Of a stretch of 64,000 nt of DNA, positions 1 through 9,046 are shown one piece after another. The notes under the pieces were generated by a model, which was given only the letters and a program-made list of their open reading frames with translations, did no database searches and was not told where the DNA came from. Origin of the DNA: an uncultured Alphaproteobacteria bacterium (lineage in GTDB: Bacteria; Pseudomonadota; Alphaproteobacteria; UBA6615); assembly GCA_964276015.1 (NCBI GenBank), contig CAXYDO010000014.1, forward strand, positions 27,199 to 91,198. The letters are read 5' to 3'. The translations under genes were made by a program, and so were the position numbers. Each line of letters starts with the position of its first letter. Positions within the stretch are counted from its first letter, which is position 1.

Positions 1-753
1 GAAGCACCCTGGGGTATGGCTCAGGTGGTGTTCATGCACGACACCGCCCATGTGAGCGCGCCACCGAAAAGCATCGCCGCGCTGCTCGAATGGGCCAAGG
101 CCAATCCCGGGCGTTACACCTATCCGCAGCCGCCTAATTTCCACGGCACCACTTTTCTCAAACAGGCTCTGATCGAGCTTGCCCCCGACCCGGCGGTGCT
201 CCTGAACCCGGCGGCAGATGTGGCCAAGCACACCGCTGCTCTCTGGGCCTATCTGGATGCGTTGCACCCGGTGATGTGGCGGCGGGGCGAAGTGTTTCCC
301 CAGAACGGCCCCGCGGTGCTTCGTTTGCTTGATGACGGCGAGGTGGCGATCGCCCTCTCGTTTCAGCCGGCAGAGGCGTCGGGTTTGATCGCGTCGGGAA
401 AATTGCCCGAGACCGTGCGCACTTTCGTGCTGGAGAACGGTACCATCGGCAACACCAATTTCGTCGCCATACCCTTTAACGCCAAGGCCCGTGAGGGCGC
501 GCAGGTACTCGCCAATTTCCTGATGTCCCCGGAGGCCCAGGCCCATAAACAGGACCCCGACGTCTGGGGCAGCTTTACCGTGCTCGATCTGGATCGAGTG
601 CCGGCTAAGGATCAGGCCACTTTCGCGAAACTCGACCTCGGGGTCGCAACTTTGTCTCCCGGGGAGCTCGGGTCGACCCAGCTCGAACCCAACCCGAGTT
701 GGGTGAAGGCGTTGGAGAGCGAATGGGCCAAGCGATATGCGAGCGGGAAGTAG
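1..753 (+). CDS. ABC transporter periplasmic substrate-binding protein (YnjB-like), C-terminal ~245 aa; the 5' end lies outside the window
   Basis: ORF 16..753 is open to the window edge. The sequence resembles a family-1 SBP C-terminus. It is followed by a fused two-domain ABC permease gene. Confidence 0.6.
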   Translation, partial: EAPWGMAQVVFMHDTAHVSAPPKSIAALLEWAKANPGRYTYPQPPNFHGTTFLKQALIELAPDPAVLLNPAADVAKHTAALWAYLDALHPVMWRRGEVFPQNGPAVLRLLDDGEVAIALSFQPAEASGLIASGKLPETVRTFVLENGTIGNTNFVAIPFNAKAREGAQVLANFLMSPEAQAHKQDPDVWGSFTVLDLDRVPAKDQATFAKLDLGVATLSPGELGSTQLEPNPSWVKALESEWAKRYASGK

Positions 754-766
754 TTCCGCCAGAAAA

Positions 767-909
767 CCCTCTCCGCCCTTTAGGGGAGAGAGGGTAGCGC
801 GCAGTTGCGTGCCGGGTGAGGTGGGTCGTGGGGTCACGATACGGCCCCTACCTGACACCCGTTGGCGCCCGCGACCTCACCCCGGCCCTCTCCTCTCGGG
901 AGGAGAGGG
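767..909. repeat. GC-rich nested inverted repeats (REP-like structured intergenic element) between the SBP and permease genes
   Basis: Hairpin 1 pairs CCCTCTC (767-773) with GAGAGGG (788-794). A long-range inverted repeat pairs GGGTGAGGT (814-822) with ACCTCACCC (874-882). Hairpin 2 pairs CCCTCTCCTC (886-895), loop TCGG, with GAGGAGAGGG (900-909), abutting the GGAGG SD at 910-914 before the TTG start at 921. Confidence 0.4.
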
Positions 910-920
910 GGAGGTGCTGA

Positions 921-2624
921 TTGTCTAGACACAACCCTTCTCCCGTGCGCTGGGTTCCCGCGCTGACGTTGGTCCTGTTGCTTGTGCCCGTGGCGGCGGG
1001 ATTGATCGGCACGGTGTTGCCGGCCTTCGGATACCTCCCCGCGCTTGGCGGCCATTCGGCCAGTCTGGAGCCTTGGAGGGCCTTGTTCGCAGCACCCGGT
1101 ATTTGGGAATCGGTCCGCCTGTCTTTCGTGACGGGGCTCGGTGTGACCGTGGTGTCCTTTACCGTGGTGATGCTCTTTGTGGCGGGCTGGCACGGCACGC
1201 GGGGCTTTGCGCGGCTCCAGCGGTTTCTCTCGCCGCTGCTTTCTGTCCCCCATGTGACTGTCGCCTTCGGGTTGGCCTTCCTGCTGGCCCCCTCAGGCTG
1301 GATTTTTCGCCTGACCTCGCCCTGGCTGACAGGGTTCGACCGACCCCCGGATCTGATCATCGTCCAGGACCCGGATGGGCTGGCCTTCATCGCCGGGCTG
1401 GCGGTCAAGGAAATCCCGTTTCTATTCCTGATGACCCTCGCGGCCATTGGTCAGGTCGATGCGGCGCGGACCCGAACCATGGCGCGCATAATGGGTTACG
1501 GCGCCACGACAGCCTGGCTGAAAGCGGTGTTCCCGCTGGTCTATTACCAGATCCGCCTGCCGGTATTTGCGGTGCTGGCCTATGCGGCCTCTGTGGTGGA
1601 TGTGGCGATTGTGCTGGCGCCCTCGACGCCGCCGCCGCTTGCCGTCCAGCTGCTGCGCTGGTTCAACGATCCTGAGCTGGCGACAAGGTTCCTTGCCTCG
1701 GCCGGGGCGGTGTTGCAGCTGGGCCTCGTGTTGGTGGTGTTCGCGGTCTGGTGGCTCGGGGAGCGGGGGGTGGCCTATCTGGGCCGTATGTGGATCCGCC
1801 GGGGCAGCCGGGGGCAGGCGGATGGACCGTTGCGTTACGGCGCGGCAGGCGCCCTGATTTTAAGTTTTCTGGTCGCCTTTTTGGGACTGGCGAGCATGGC
1901 GGTCTGGTCGATCACCGGGAGCTGGCGATTTCCTGATGCATTGCCGACGCGATTTTCCCTCGATCCGTGGATCAGCAATGCGCCGCGTCTGGGTGAGGCG
2001 AGTTTGAACACCGTAACGGTTGGTCTGGCAGCAGCTCTGGTCGGGTTGGTCCTCACTGTCGCGTGCCTGGAAAACGAAACCCGGTTTGGCAAGCGGGTGA
2101 CCAACCGCGCCCTGCTGCTGCTTTATATTCCTCTGCTGGTGCCCCAGATCGCGTTTCTGTTTGGGGGCCAGATCCTGCTGGTGATGAGCGGACTCGATGG
2201 CGCGTGGATCGCGGTCGCCTGGGCGCATCTGGTTTTCGTGCTGCCCTATGTTTTTCTGTCCCTGGCCGATCCTTATCGAGCCTGGGATGACCGCTACGCT
2301 CGTGCGGCGCGTTGCCTTGGGGCCTCACCGATGCGGGTCTTCTGCCGGGTAAAATTGCCGATGCTGCTACGCCCTATTCTGGTCGCAAGCGCCGTGGGCT
2401 TTGCCGTCTCGGTCGGGCTTTACCTGCCGACGCTTTTCGCCGGGGCCGGGCGGGTCGATACGCTGACCACCGAAGCCGTCGCGCTGGCCTCGGGGGCTGA
2501 TCGCCGCGCCATCGGGGTTTACGCTCTGGCGCAAATGACCCTGCCGTTTCTCGCCTTTGCCCTGGCCGCGATTATCCCGGCTTCGCTTTACCGAAACCGC
2601 AAGGGGCTGCGGGTGACGGCTTGA
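921..2624 (+). CDS. ABC transporter permease, fused duplicated transmembrane domains (YnjC-like)
   Basis: 567-aa ORF that is highly hydrophobic with two repeated permease modules. The TTG start is preceded by GGAGG. It is operonic with the upstream SBP gene. Confidence 0.7.
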   Translation: MSRHNPSPVRWVPALTLVLLLVPVAAGLIGTVLPAFGYLPALGGHSASLEPWRALFAAPGIWESVRLSFVTGLGVTVVSFTVVMLFVAGWHGTRGFARLQRFLSPLLSVPHVTVAFGLAFLLAPSGWIFRLTSPWLTGFDRPPDLIIVQDPDGLAFIAGLAVKEIPFLFLMTLAAIGQVDAARTRTMARIMGYGATTAWLKAVFPLVYYQIRLPVFAVLAYAASVVDVAIVLAPSTPPPLAVQLLRWFNDPELATRFLASAGAVLQLGLVLVVFAVWWLGERGVAYLGRMWIRRGSRGQADGPLRYGAAGALILSFLVAFLGLASMAVWSITGSWRFPDALPTRFSLDPWISNAPRLGEASLNTVTVGLAAALVGLVLTVACLENETRFGKRVTNRALLLLYIPLLVPQIAFLFGGQILLVMSGLDGAWIAVAWAHLVFVLPYVFLSLADPYRAWDDRYARAARCLGASPMRVFCRVKLPMLLRPILVASAVGFAVSVGLYLPTLFAGAGRVDTLTTEAVALASGADRRAIGVYALAQMTLPFLAFALAAIIPASLYRNRKGLRVTA

Positions 2625-2689
2625 CAGAACGGGCGGCAAAGCGGCCCACTGCGCGCAACAAATTCGACCAAACTCTTCAGGGGAATATA

Positions 2690-3343
2690 ATGCAACTCTT
2701 CAGCTATTGGCGCTCGCTCGCCGCCTTCCGGGTGCGTATCGCGCTTAATCTCAAGGGCCAGGCCTTTGACGTGGTGTCCACGGATCTGATCAAGGGTGAG
2801 CAGTTCGACCCCGCCTATCTGAAGATCAATCCCCAGGGTGTGGTTCCGGCGCTGGTCACCGATGACGGCGGCACGCTGACCCAGTCCATGGCGATCCTCG
2901 AATATCTCGACGAAGTCTATCCAGAGCCTGCGCTGATGCCGTCCGACCTGATGGCACGTGCCCGGGTGCGTGCCTTGTGCATGATCACCGTGGCCGACAC
3001 CCATCCGCTGGTGGTGCCGCGTATCCGCAAATACATCACCCAGGATATGGGCCACAGCGAGGACGAGCTGAACGCCTGGATCGGCAACTGGCAGATGGCC
3101 GGACTGGCCGCCCTGGAAGCCCATCTGGCCGATGACGGGACCTCGGGCAAGTTCTGCGAGGGCGATCAAATCACGCTGGCCGATCTCTGCCTGGTGCCCC
3201 AGGTTGGCGCGGCGATGCTGTTCAAGGTCGACATCTCGCCCTACCCGAACTGCAAGCGCGTCTTCGATGAGTGCATGACCCAGAGTGCTTTCTTCGATGC
3301 ACGCCCGCAAGCCCAGCCGGACTTCCCCGAAGAGATGAAGTAA
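2690..3343 (+). CDS. maiA: maleylacetoacetate isomerase (glutathione S-transferase zeta class)
   Basis: N-terminus MQLFSYWRSLAAFRVRIALNLKG with SxxxR and the GVVPAL motif typical of GST zeta/MaiA. The start was moved to the internal ATG at 2690, where similarity begins. Confidence 0.7.
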   Translation: MQLFSYWRSLAAFRVRIALNLKGQAFDVVSTDLIKGEQFDPAYLKINPQGVVPALVTDDGGTLTQSMAILEYLDEVYPEPALMPSDLMARARVRALCMITVADTHPLVVPRIRKYITQDMGHSEDELNAWIGNWQMAGLAALEAHLADDGTSGKFCEGDQITLADLCLVPQVGAAMLFKVDISPYPNCKRVFDECMTQSAFFDARPQAQPDFPEEMK

Positions 3344-3352
3344 GGGCGACCC

Positions 3353-3796
3353 ATGTCTGAATTCACCTCACCGTCCCGCAAGCTTACCCATAACGGAATC
3401 CGCGCGTTGATCGACGCCGCGGTCGACAAGGCCGACGAGATGGGGGTGCCCATGGGCATCGCTGTCGCCAATGACGGGGCCCGGGTCGTGGGCTATCTGT
3501 TGATGGATGGGGCCCGGGTGCTGGCCATGGAATCAGCCAGCGCCAAAGCGATGACAGCGGCCAGCCACCGGATGCCGACCCACGCGATCAAATACGACAT
3601 TGGTATGGGTCTGGCGGTGTCGACCCAGGGCAAGGTGTTGCCGCTCAAGGGCGGTGTCCCCATCGTCATCGACGGTTTTTGCGTTGGTGGGATCGGCTGC
3701 GGGTCAGGTACCGGTGAGCAGGATCTGGTCGTGGCCAAGGCCGCCCTCGCCGCGGTCGGGGCAGAAATCCCCGACGACGACGTGAGTGAAGGCTAG
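3353..3796 (+). CDS. GlcG/HbpS-like heme-binding protein (DUF336)
   Basis: 147 aa with the GIAVANDGARVVGYLLMDGA and GGVPIVIDGFCVGGIGCGSGTGEQD motifs characteristic of the DUF336/GlcG family. Confidence 0.6.
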   Translation: MSEFTSPSRKLTHNGIRALIDAAVDKADEMGVPMGIAVANDGARVVGYLLMDGARVLAMESASAKAMTAASHRMPTHAIKYDIGMGLAVSTQGKVLPLKGGVPIVIDGFCVGGIGCGSGTGEQDLVVAKAALAAVGAEIPDDDVSEG

Positions 3797-4413
3797 CCCG
3801 CTTTCGCGGCTCCCACTGAGTCCATGAACTGCACCAGCACTTCGTAAGGCTGTGCCCCGACGACACCCTGTCCTTCGGCGACATAGGTGGGAACCCCGGT
3901 GACGCCGTAGCCCCGTGACTTCTCCCAGTCAGCGTCGATCGTGGCCTCGAAGGTGCGGTTTTCGACCACGTCGCGGGCCGCGGCACCATCCAGTCCAACG
4001 CCCTCGGCAATCCTGACCAGCAGGTCGATATCGGCGATGTTTTTCTGGTCCACAAAATAGGCCTGATAAAGCTTCATGTGGATCGCATCGCCGCCGGGCT
4101 GGGTGTCGGCCCACTTCCCGAGCTCCTGTGCGAGGCGGCTGTTATAGGTGTGGGTGCGCTTGGCGTAAGGCAGGCCCTCTTCGTCCATCATGCCCTTCAT
4201 GCGCGTGTACATGGCATCCATGTCCATGTCGCGGCCAGCGAACAGCTCTTCGAGCGACAGGCCTTCCATGGGCGTGTCGGCGTGGAGCGGGAAATGCACT
4301 GTCTGCACGTCGACGTCGTAGGCTTCCTTGAGTTTTTCAATACGCACGGTACTGAGATAACACCAGGGTCAAACGTAGTCGGAGAAGACCTCGAGAACTT
4401 TGGGTTCGGACAT
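3793..4413 (-). CDS. DsbA/FrnE-family thiol:disulfide oxidoreductase with an in-frame TGA (4369..4371) at the first Cys of the CxxC motif; either a candidate selenoprotein (UxxC) or a nonsense pseudogene
   Basis: The track ORF 3793..4347 starts at GTG. Extending upstream in frame gives MSEPKVLEVFSDYV-TGA-PWCYLSTVRIEKL..., which is the FrnE N-terminus FSDxxCPWCY with TGA in place of the first Cys codon. The ATG is at 4411..4413. Confidence 0.5.
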
Positions 4414-4448
4414 GGAAGCGTCGCTTTCGATGGGGTTGCGTGTGGATA

Positions 4449-5663
4449 TTATAGCAGAGGTTCACGCTCTTTCGGGGCGACCAGTACGATAAAAAACAGC
4501 CAGGACAGGGTGGTACACGCGAACATCACAAGAGCCAGCTGCAGGAAAGAGGTGTGGATCAGAGCCACCACAACAAGGGTACTGATGAAACCGCTGCCCA
4601 TCTGAATGAAGCCACCCAGCGCAGCCGCAGAGCCGGCGGTGGCGGGTTTGACCGCCGTCAGTGCCCCGGCCAGGCAGTTGGGGGCCAAAAACCCCGACCC
4701 GATGGAATAGATCGCCAGGGGCAAGATCAGGGGAATCGGGGTGTCAAGGCCGATGAGGGACTGGGCGACCATGATGCCCGTCCCGGTGATGGCCAGCGCG
4801 CCGCCGATCCAGATCATGCGTCCCCGGCTGGTGCGGCGGGCCATCCGGCTAGAGATGAAATTACCGGCGATGTAGCCCATCGAGCCCGAAATGATGAAAT
4901 AGCCGAACACTTGCGGGCTCACCCCCATCAGCACGATCAGGGCAAAGGGCGAGCCGGCCAGAAACGCCTGAAAGGTTGAGCCCATCGCGCCGACGCTCAG
5001 GCTGTAGCCCATGAATTTTCGCATCCCGAACAGGCGCACATAGGTGCGGGCCAGAGCCGGGGCGGTCGTGAACTTGCGCGCTTCTGGCGGGAGGGTCTCG
5101 GCGAGGGTCAGATATGTGGCGAGCAGGGCTGTCGCGCCCATGGCGGCGGTTAACAGGAAATTGGCCTGCCAGCCAAAGAAACTCTCGAGCTGTCCCCCGA
5201 GCAGGGGCGCGAGGGTCGGGGCCACGGCCAGCGACATGCCGAGATAAGCCATGGCCCTTGTGGCGGCCGCGCCGTCACTGGTGTCGCGGACGATGGCCCG
5301 GCTGATGGCGATACAGACGCAGCCCCCGAAGGCCTGGATAATCCGCCCGGCTATCAGGAGCTCGATGCTCGTGGCGGCCGCGCAGGCCAGGCTCGCCAGG
5401 GTAAACAGGACAAGCCCGATCAGCATGGGCTTGCGCCGTCCGATAGCGTCTGAAATCGGCCCCACCACCAGTTGGGCAACGGCAAACGCCCCCAGATACG
5501 CCGACACGGTCAGCTGGACCAGCGACTGGGTGGTCCCCAGATCTTCGGCCATGCTGGGCATGGAGGGCAGAAAAATCGTGATCGCCACCTGACTGGTCAC
5601 CATCAGGGTGACCAATAGCGCCAGGGGTGCGCGGGGCTGCGCTATGGTTTCGCTCTGGGACAT
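4449..5663 (-). CDS. MFS transporter, Bcr/CflA drug-resistance family
   Basis: 404 aa with 12 predicted TM helices and a Bcr/CflA-like N-terminus (ITIFLPSMPSMAEDLG...GPISDAIGRRKP). Confidence 0.75.
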   Translation of the reverse strand: MSQSETIAQPRAPLALLVTLMVTSQVAITIFLPSMPSMAEDLGTTQSLVQLTVSAYLGAFAVAQLVVGPISDAIGRRKPMLIGLVLFTLASLACAAATSIELLIAGRIIQAFGGCVCIAISRAIVRDTSDGAAATRAMAYLGMSLAVAPTLAPLLGGQLESFFGWQANFLLTAAMGATALLATYLTLAETLPPEARKFTTAPALARTYVRLFGMRKFMGYSLSVGAMGSTFQAFLAGSPFALIVLMGVSPQVFGYFIISGSMGYIAGNFISSRMARRTSRGRMIWIGGALAITGTGIMVAQSLIGLDTPIPLILPLAIYSIGSGFLAPNCLAGALTAVKPATAGSAAALGGFIQMGSGFISTLVVVALIHTSFLQLALVMFACTTLSWLFFIVLVAPKEREPLL

Positions 5664-5692
5664 CGGGGGTTCTTGATCAGGCTGTACGTGTT

Positions 5693-5850
5693 AACGCGAC
5701 GAAGGCGTCTCGAAGTCGAGTGGCACACTTCCGAGCAGGCGCACAAGCTCAATCTGATTGCGGGTGCCGGTCTTCCCCAAGGCTTTGCCTGGCCAGCAAG
5801 GCTTTGGCAACCCGACACTCTGCGGGGGTCAGGCCGTAAACGGTCCGCCG
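5693..5850 (-). pseudogene. Remnant of a LuxR-type HTH regulator with an internal deletion
   Basis: The minus-strand frame reads GLTPAECRVAKALLAGKA-LGKTGTRNQIELVRLLGSVP. This keeps the LTPAE and KTGTRxQAELVRLL ends of the HTH but lacks the ~20 aa between them. No complete ORF exists. Confidence 0.25.
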
Positions 5851-6057
5851 CAAATCGTCGGATAGGCTTTTCCCGGTTGGGGTCACAGAACAGCAGCGCC
5901 ACAGCAGGTTGGCTGGTCAGGGTAGCCAAAGGGTTGGGCTCGGGAGCCGCGCGGGTCAGCGGCTCTGGGATGATTCCGTTGTGGTCCAACATCTTGACCG
6001 TTGCCCCGTCCGGCCTTACCCCAGAGGGGAAGATAGTCATTCCGTAGGGGAGACAGC

Positions 6058-7233
6058 ATGTTGAATTCATCTGAAACACGAAGCGGGCCGCTGGTGGGTC
6101 TGAAAGTCGTGGAGCTGGCCGGGATCGGGCCGGGGCCGTTTGCGGCCATGCTGCTCGCCGATCTGGGAGCCGAGATCGTGCGGGTCGACCGCCCGGCCGA
6201 TGCGGGGCTTGGCGTGCCGCGCGGCTATGAGTTCGATCTGGCCAGCCGCTCGCGTCCCTCCATAGCTGTGGATCTTAAAAACCCTGAGGGGGTAGAGACC
6301 GTGCTCAAGCTGTTGGAGAGTGCTGACGTCCTGATCGAGCCGTTCCGCCCCGGCGTCACCGAGAAGCTCGGCCTGGGCCCGGCAGATTGTATGGCCCGGA
6401 ACCCGAAGCTGGTTTATGCGCGGATGACCGGGTTTGGTGGTTCCGGCCCCCTGGCCAAGACCGCGGGTCACGACATCAATTACATCTCCCTGACCGGGGC
6501 GCTCCACGCCATCGGCCCGGCGGAGAAGCCGACCCCGCCCCTCAACCTGATCGGTGATTACGGCGGCGGTGCGCTTTATCTCGCTTTTGGCGTGATGGCG
6601 GCGATCTATGAGACCCAGCGCAGCGGGGAAGGTCAGGTGGTCGATGCAGGCATGGTCGATGGGGCGGCCAGTCTTATGATCCCGATTTATGGTCTGCACG
6701 CCTCGGGCTATTTCTCCGATGAGCGCGCGAGCAACATCCTCGATGGGGGTGCGCCTTTCTATGACGCGTTTGAGTGCGCCGACGGCAAGTTCGTCTCCAT
6801 TGGTTCGATCGAGAAGAAGTTTTATGCGTTGTTGCTCGAAAAACTTGGCCTGGAAAACGAAGACCTGCCCGACCAGATGGACCGGGACCGCTGGCCCGAA
6901 CTGCGGGCGCGTTTTGCGGAAGTGATCAAGGGCAAGAGCCGGGATGAATGGGTCGCGATCATGGGGGACAGCGATGTGTGTTTCGCCCCGGTCATGTCCA
7001 TGAGCGAAGCCCATACCCATCCCCACAACTTGGCGCGGGAGAACTTCGTGGAAGTCGCCGGTGTGACCCAGCCGGCCCCGGCACCAAAATTCTCGCGTAC
7101 CCCGGGGCGAATTCATTCGCCCCCCTCAAAGCCCGGGGAAAATACGGAAAGTACGCTCGAAGCCTGGGGGTTCGCGCCCGAGGACATTGCCGCCCTGAAA
7201 GCCAGCGGCGCGGTGGGGCGGAAAGACGGATGA
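6058..7233 (+). CDS. CoA-transferase family III protein (CaiB/BaiF; alpha-methylacyl-CoA racemase-like)
   Basis: 391 aa with N-terminus GPLVGLKVVELAGIGPGPFAAMLLADLGAEIVRVDRP, typical of family III CoA transferases. Confidence 0.75.
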   Translation: MLNSSETRSGPLVGLKVVELAGIGPGPFAAMLLADLGAEIVRVDRPADAGLGVPRGYEFDLASRSRPSIAVDLKNPEGVETVLKLLESADVLIEPFRPGVTEKLGLGPADCMARNPKLVYARMTGFGGSGPLAKTAGHDINYISLTGALHAIGPAEKPTPPLNLIGDYGGGALYLAFGVMAAIYETQRSGEGQVVDAGMVDGAASLMIPIYGLHASGYFSDERASNILDGGAPFYDAFECADGKFVSIGSIEKKFYALLLEKLGLENEDLPDQMDRDRWPELRARFAEVIKGKSRDEWVAIMGDSDVCFAPVMSMSEAHTHPHNLARENFVEVAGVTQPAPAPKFSRTPGRIHSPPSKPGENTESTLEAWGFAPEDIAALKASGAVGRKDG

Positions 7234-7370
7234 TGCATATTTCCGGTTCGTCGTGGCTCTCTTGTCATTGCGAGGAGCAACGCGACGAAGCAATCCAGTA
7301 TTGGGCCGGGTTAGCTCTGGATTGCTTCACCTTCGGTTCGGAATGACGCGGTAAAGCAGGAACTCCCATC

Positions 7371-8258
7371 ATGGCCACCGAAATCCCCTATAACCGCGAG
7401 CTCGAATTCGAGTACGGCAAGGCCGACCAGGTCACGCCTCTGATCCGCCGGGTGATCGCCCGCAACCCGAGCGCGTTTACCTTTCACGGCACCGGCACTT
7501 ACATCATCGGCACGGGCCAGGTGGCGATTGTCGATCCGGGCCCCGATCTGGCTGAACATGTGGATGCGCTGCTCAACGCCCTGCGCGGCGAGACCGTCAG
7601 CCATATACTGGTTACCCACACCCATACCGATCATTCGCCAGCGGTGAAGGCGGTCCAGGCCGCCACCGGCGCGCCGAGCTACGCCTATGGCCCCCACGGG
7701 ACAGCTCCCGCAGACGGTGCCAGCGAAGGCGGCGGCGATTATGATTTCATGCCCGACCACCGGGTGGGGGACGGCGACGTGGTCACGGGCAAAGGCTGGT
7801 CCGTGGAAGCGCTCCATACGCCCGGGCATTGCTCGAACCATCTTTGCTTCGCCCTGCGCGAGGAAGACACGCTGCTGTGCGGCGACCACGTGATGGGCTG
7901 GTCAACGAGCATCGTCTCACCGCCGGATGGCGACATGGCCGACTATATGGCCTCGCTGGAGAAGGTCGGAAAGTTCGGCGCTGGACGCTACATCCCGACC
8001 CACGGCGCCCCCATCGAGGACCCGGCCCCCTATGTAAAGGCGCTACTGTCCCACCGCCACGAACGCGAAGACCAGATCATGGCCGAGCTTGCCGCGGGCC
8101 CTGTGACCATCGCCGAAATGGTCCCGCGCATGTACGCCGCCGTTGATCCTAAGCTCTACCCAGCTGCGGCACGTTCGGTGCTGGCGCACCTGATTCACAT
8201 GGCGGAAACCGGGCGGGTAAAGGTGGATGGGGATGTGTATCGGTTGGCGGGGGGCTAA
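7371..8258 (+). CDS. MBL-fold metallo-hydrolase
   Basis: HTHTDH zinc-binding motif (VTHTHTDHSPA) plus downstream His/Asp ligands. 295 aa. Confidence 0.7.
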   Translation: MATEIPYNRELEFEYGKADQVTPLIRRVIARNPSAFTFHGTGTYIIGTGQVAIVDPGPDLAEHVDALLNALRGETVSHILVTHTHTDHSPAVKAVQAATGAPSYAYGPHGTAPADGASEGGGDYDFMPDHRVGDGDVVTGKGWSVEALHTPGHCSNHLCFALREEDTLLCGDHVMGWSTSIVSPPDGDMADYMASLEKVGKFGAGRYIPTHGAPIEDPAPYVKALLSHRHEREDQIMAELAAGPVTIAEMVPRMYAAVDPKLYPAAARSVLAHLIHMAETGRVKVDGDVYRLAGG

Positions 8259-8389
8259 CGCGACTAACAGTGGGATAGCCTCTTCGTTCTGCCCATCTGG
8301 ATACGTCTCGACCCGTTGACGTGGATGGCCGGAACAAGTCCTGCCGTCCACGTGGTCGAACAAGTGAGTGCCTGGTCAGGAGAGTCGCC

Positions 8390-9046
8390 TTACTCCGGTG
8401 CGATGGAGTACCGCCCGCGCAGGAACTTCGAGAGCGGGACGAGGCGTTCCGGGTTCGGCGCCTGGGGCACCGCAATCCAGCGTTCGAATTCGGCGAGTGC
8501 GATCCTTGTGATCCCTGCAATATCCAGCGCGCGGGTGTCGTCGATGGAGCGGAATTCTACATCGAGTAGTTCGCCGTCGCCGTCGCCTATCTCTCCCGCT
8601 AAATCCTCAGCCTCAGCCACCAGAAAACGCGCATCGAAGCGGCGAGACCGGCCCGGTGGGGTAATCGCTCGGAAGAAATAGTCGAGGCTGGCCAGAGCCG
8701 GGTGAAACCCGCCCGGAGCGTCATCGGCGATGTCTCCCAGCAATAAGCCGGCTTCTTCGAAGGTCTCGCGCACGGCCGCTGCGGCAATGGCCCGGGCGCG
8801 GGTGGGGTTGGCGGCGCGTTCGAGGCGAGCCTGTACGTCAGCGGCCAGCGGACTGGCGGGCTGCAATGCGGCATCGACAGGGTCCACGCGGCCGCCTGGG
8901 AACACATAGGCGTGGGGCATGAAGACGTGGTTGCGGTGTCGCCGCCCCATCAGGACCTCGAGGGTCCCGTTCCGGCGGCGGCGCCACAGCACCATGGTCG
9001 CGGCATCGACGGGACGCAGCGATTTCTTTTTGGGTTTCTCAGCCAC
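8390..9046 (-). CDS. NUDIX hydrolase
   Basis: Nudix-box-like GGRVDP...RETFEEAGL. 218 aa. Confidence 0.6.
   Translation of the reverse strand: MAEKPKKKSLRPVDAATMVLWRRRRNGTLEVLMGRRHRNHVFMPHAYVFPGGRVDPVDAALQPASPLAADVQARLERAANPTRARAIAAAAVRETFEEAGLLLGDIADDAPGGFHPALASLDYFFRAITPPGRSRRFDARFLVAEAEDLAGEIGDGDGELLDVEFRSIDDTRALDIAGITRIALAEFERWIAVPQAPNPERLVPLSKFLRGRYSIAPE

Noticed and set aside
5673-6047. 124-aa plus-strand ORF between the MFS gene and the CoA-transferase gene
   Set aside because: No start-site signals or family similarity. The opposite strand carries a LuxR-HTH remnant, which better explains residual ORF-like structure here.
6067-7116. 349-aa antisense ORF inside the CoA-transferase gene. 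Similar long antisense ORFs exist at 2588..3310, 9696..10259, 12146..13198, 16053..16526, 38369..39019 and 60024..60815.
   Set aside because: They fall opposite strongly supported conserved genes, have Arg/Gly/Pro-rich low-complexity translations and have no family resemblance. They are high-GC shadow ORFs.
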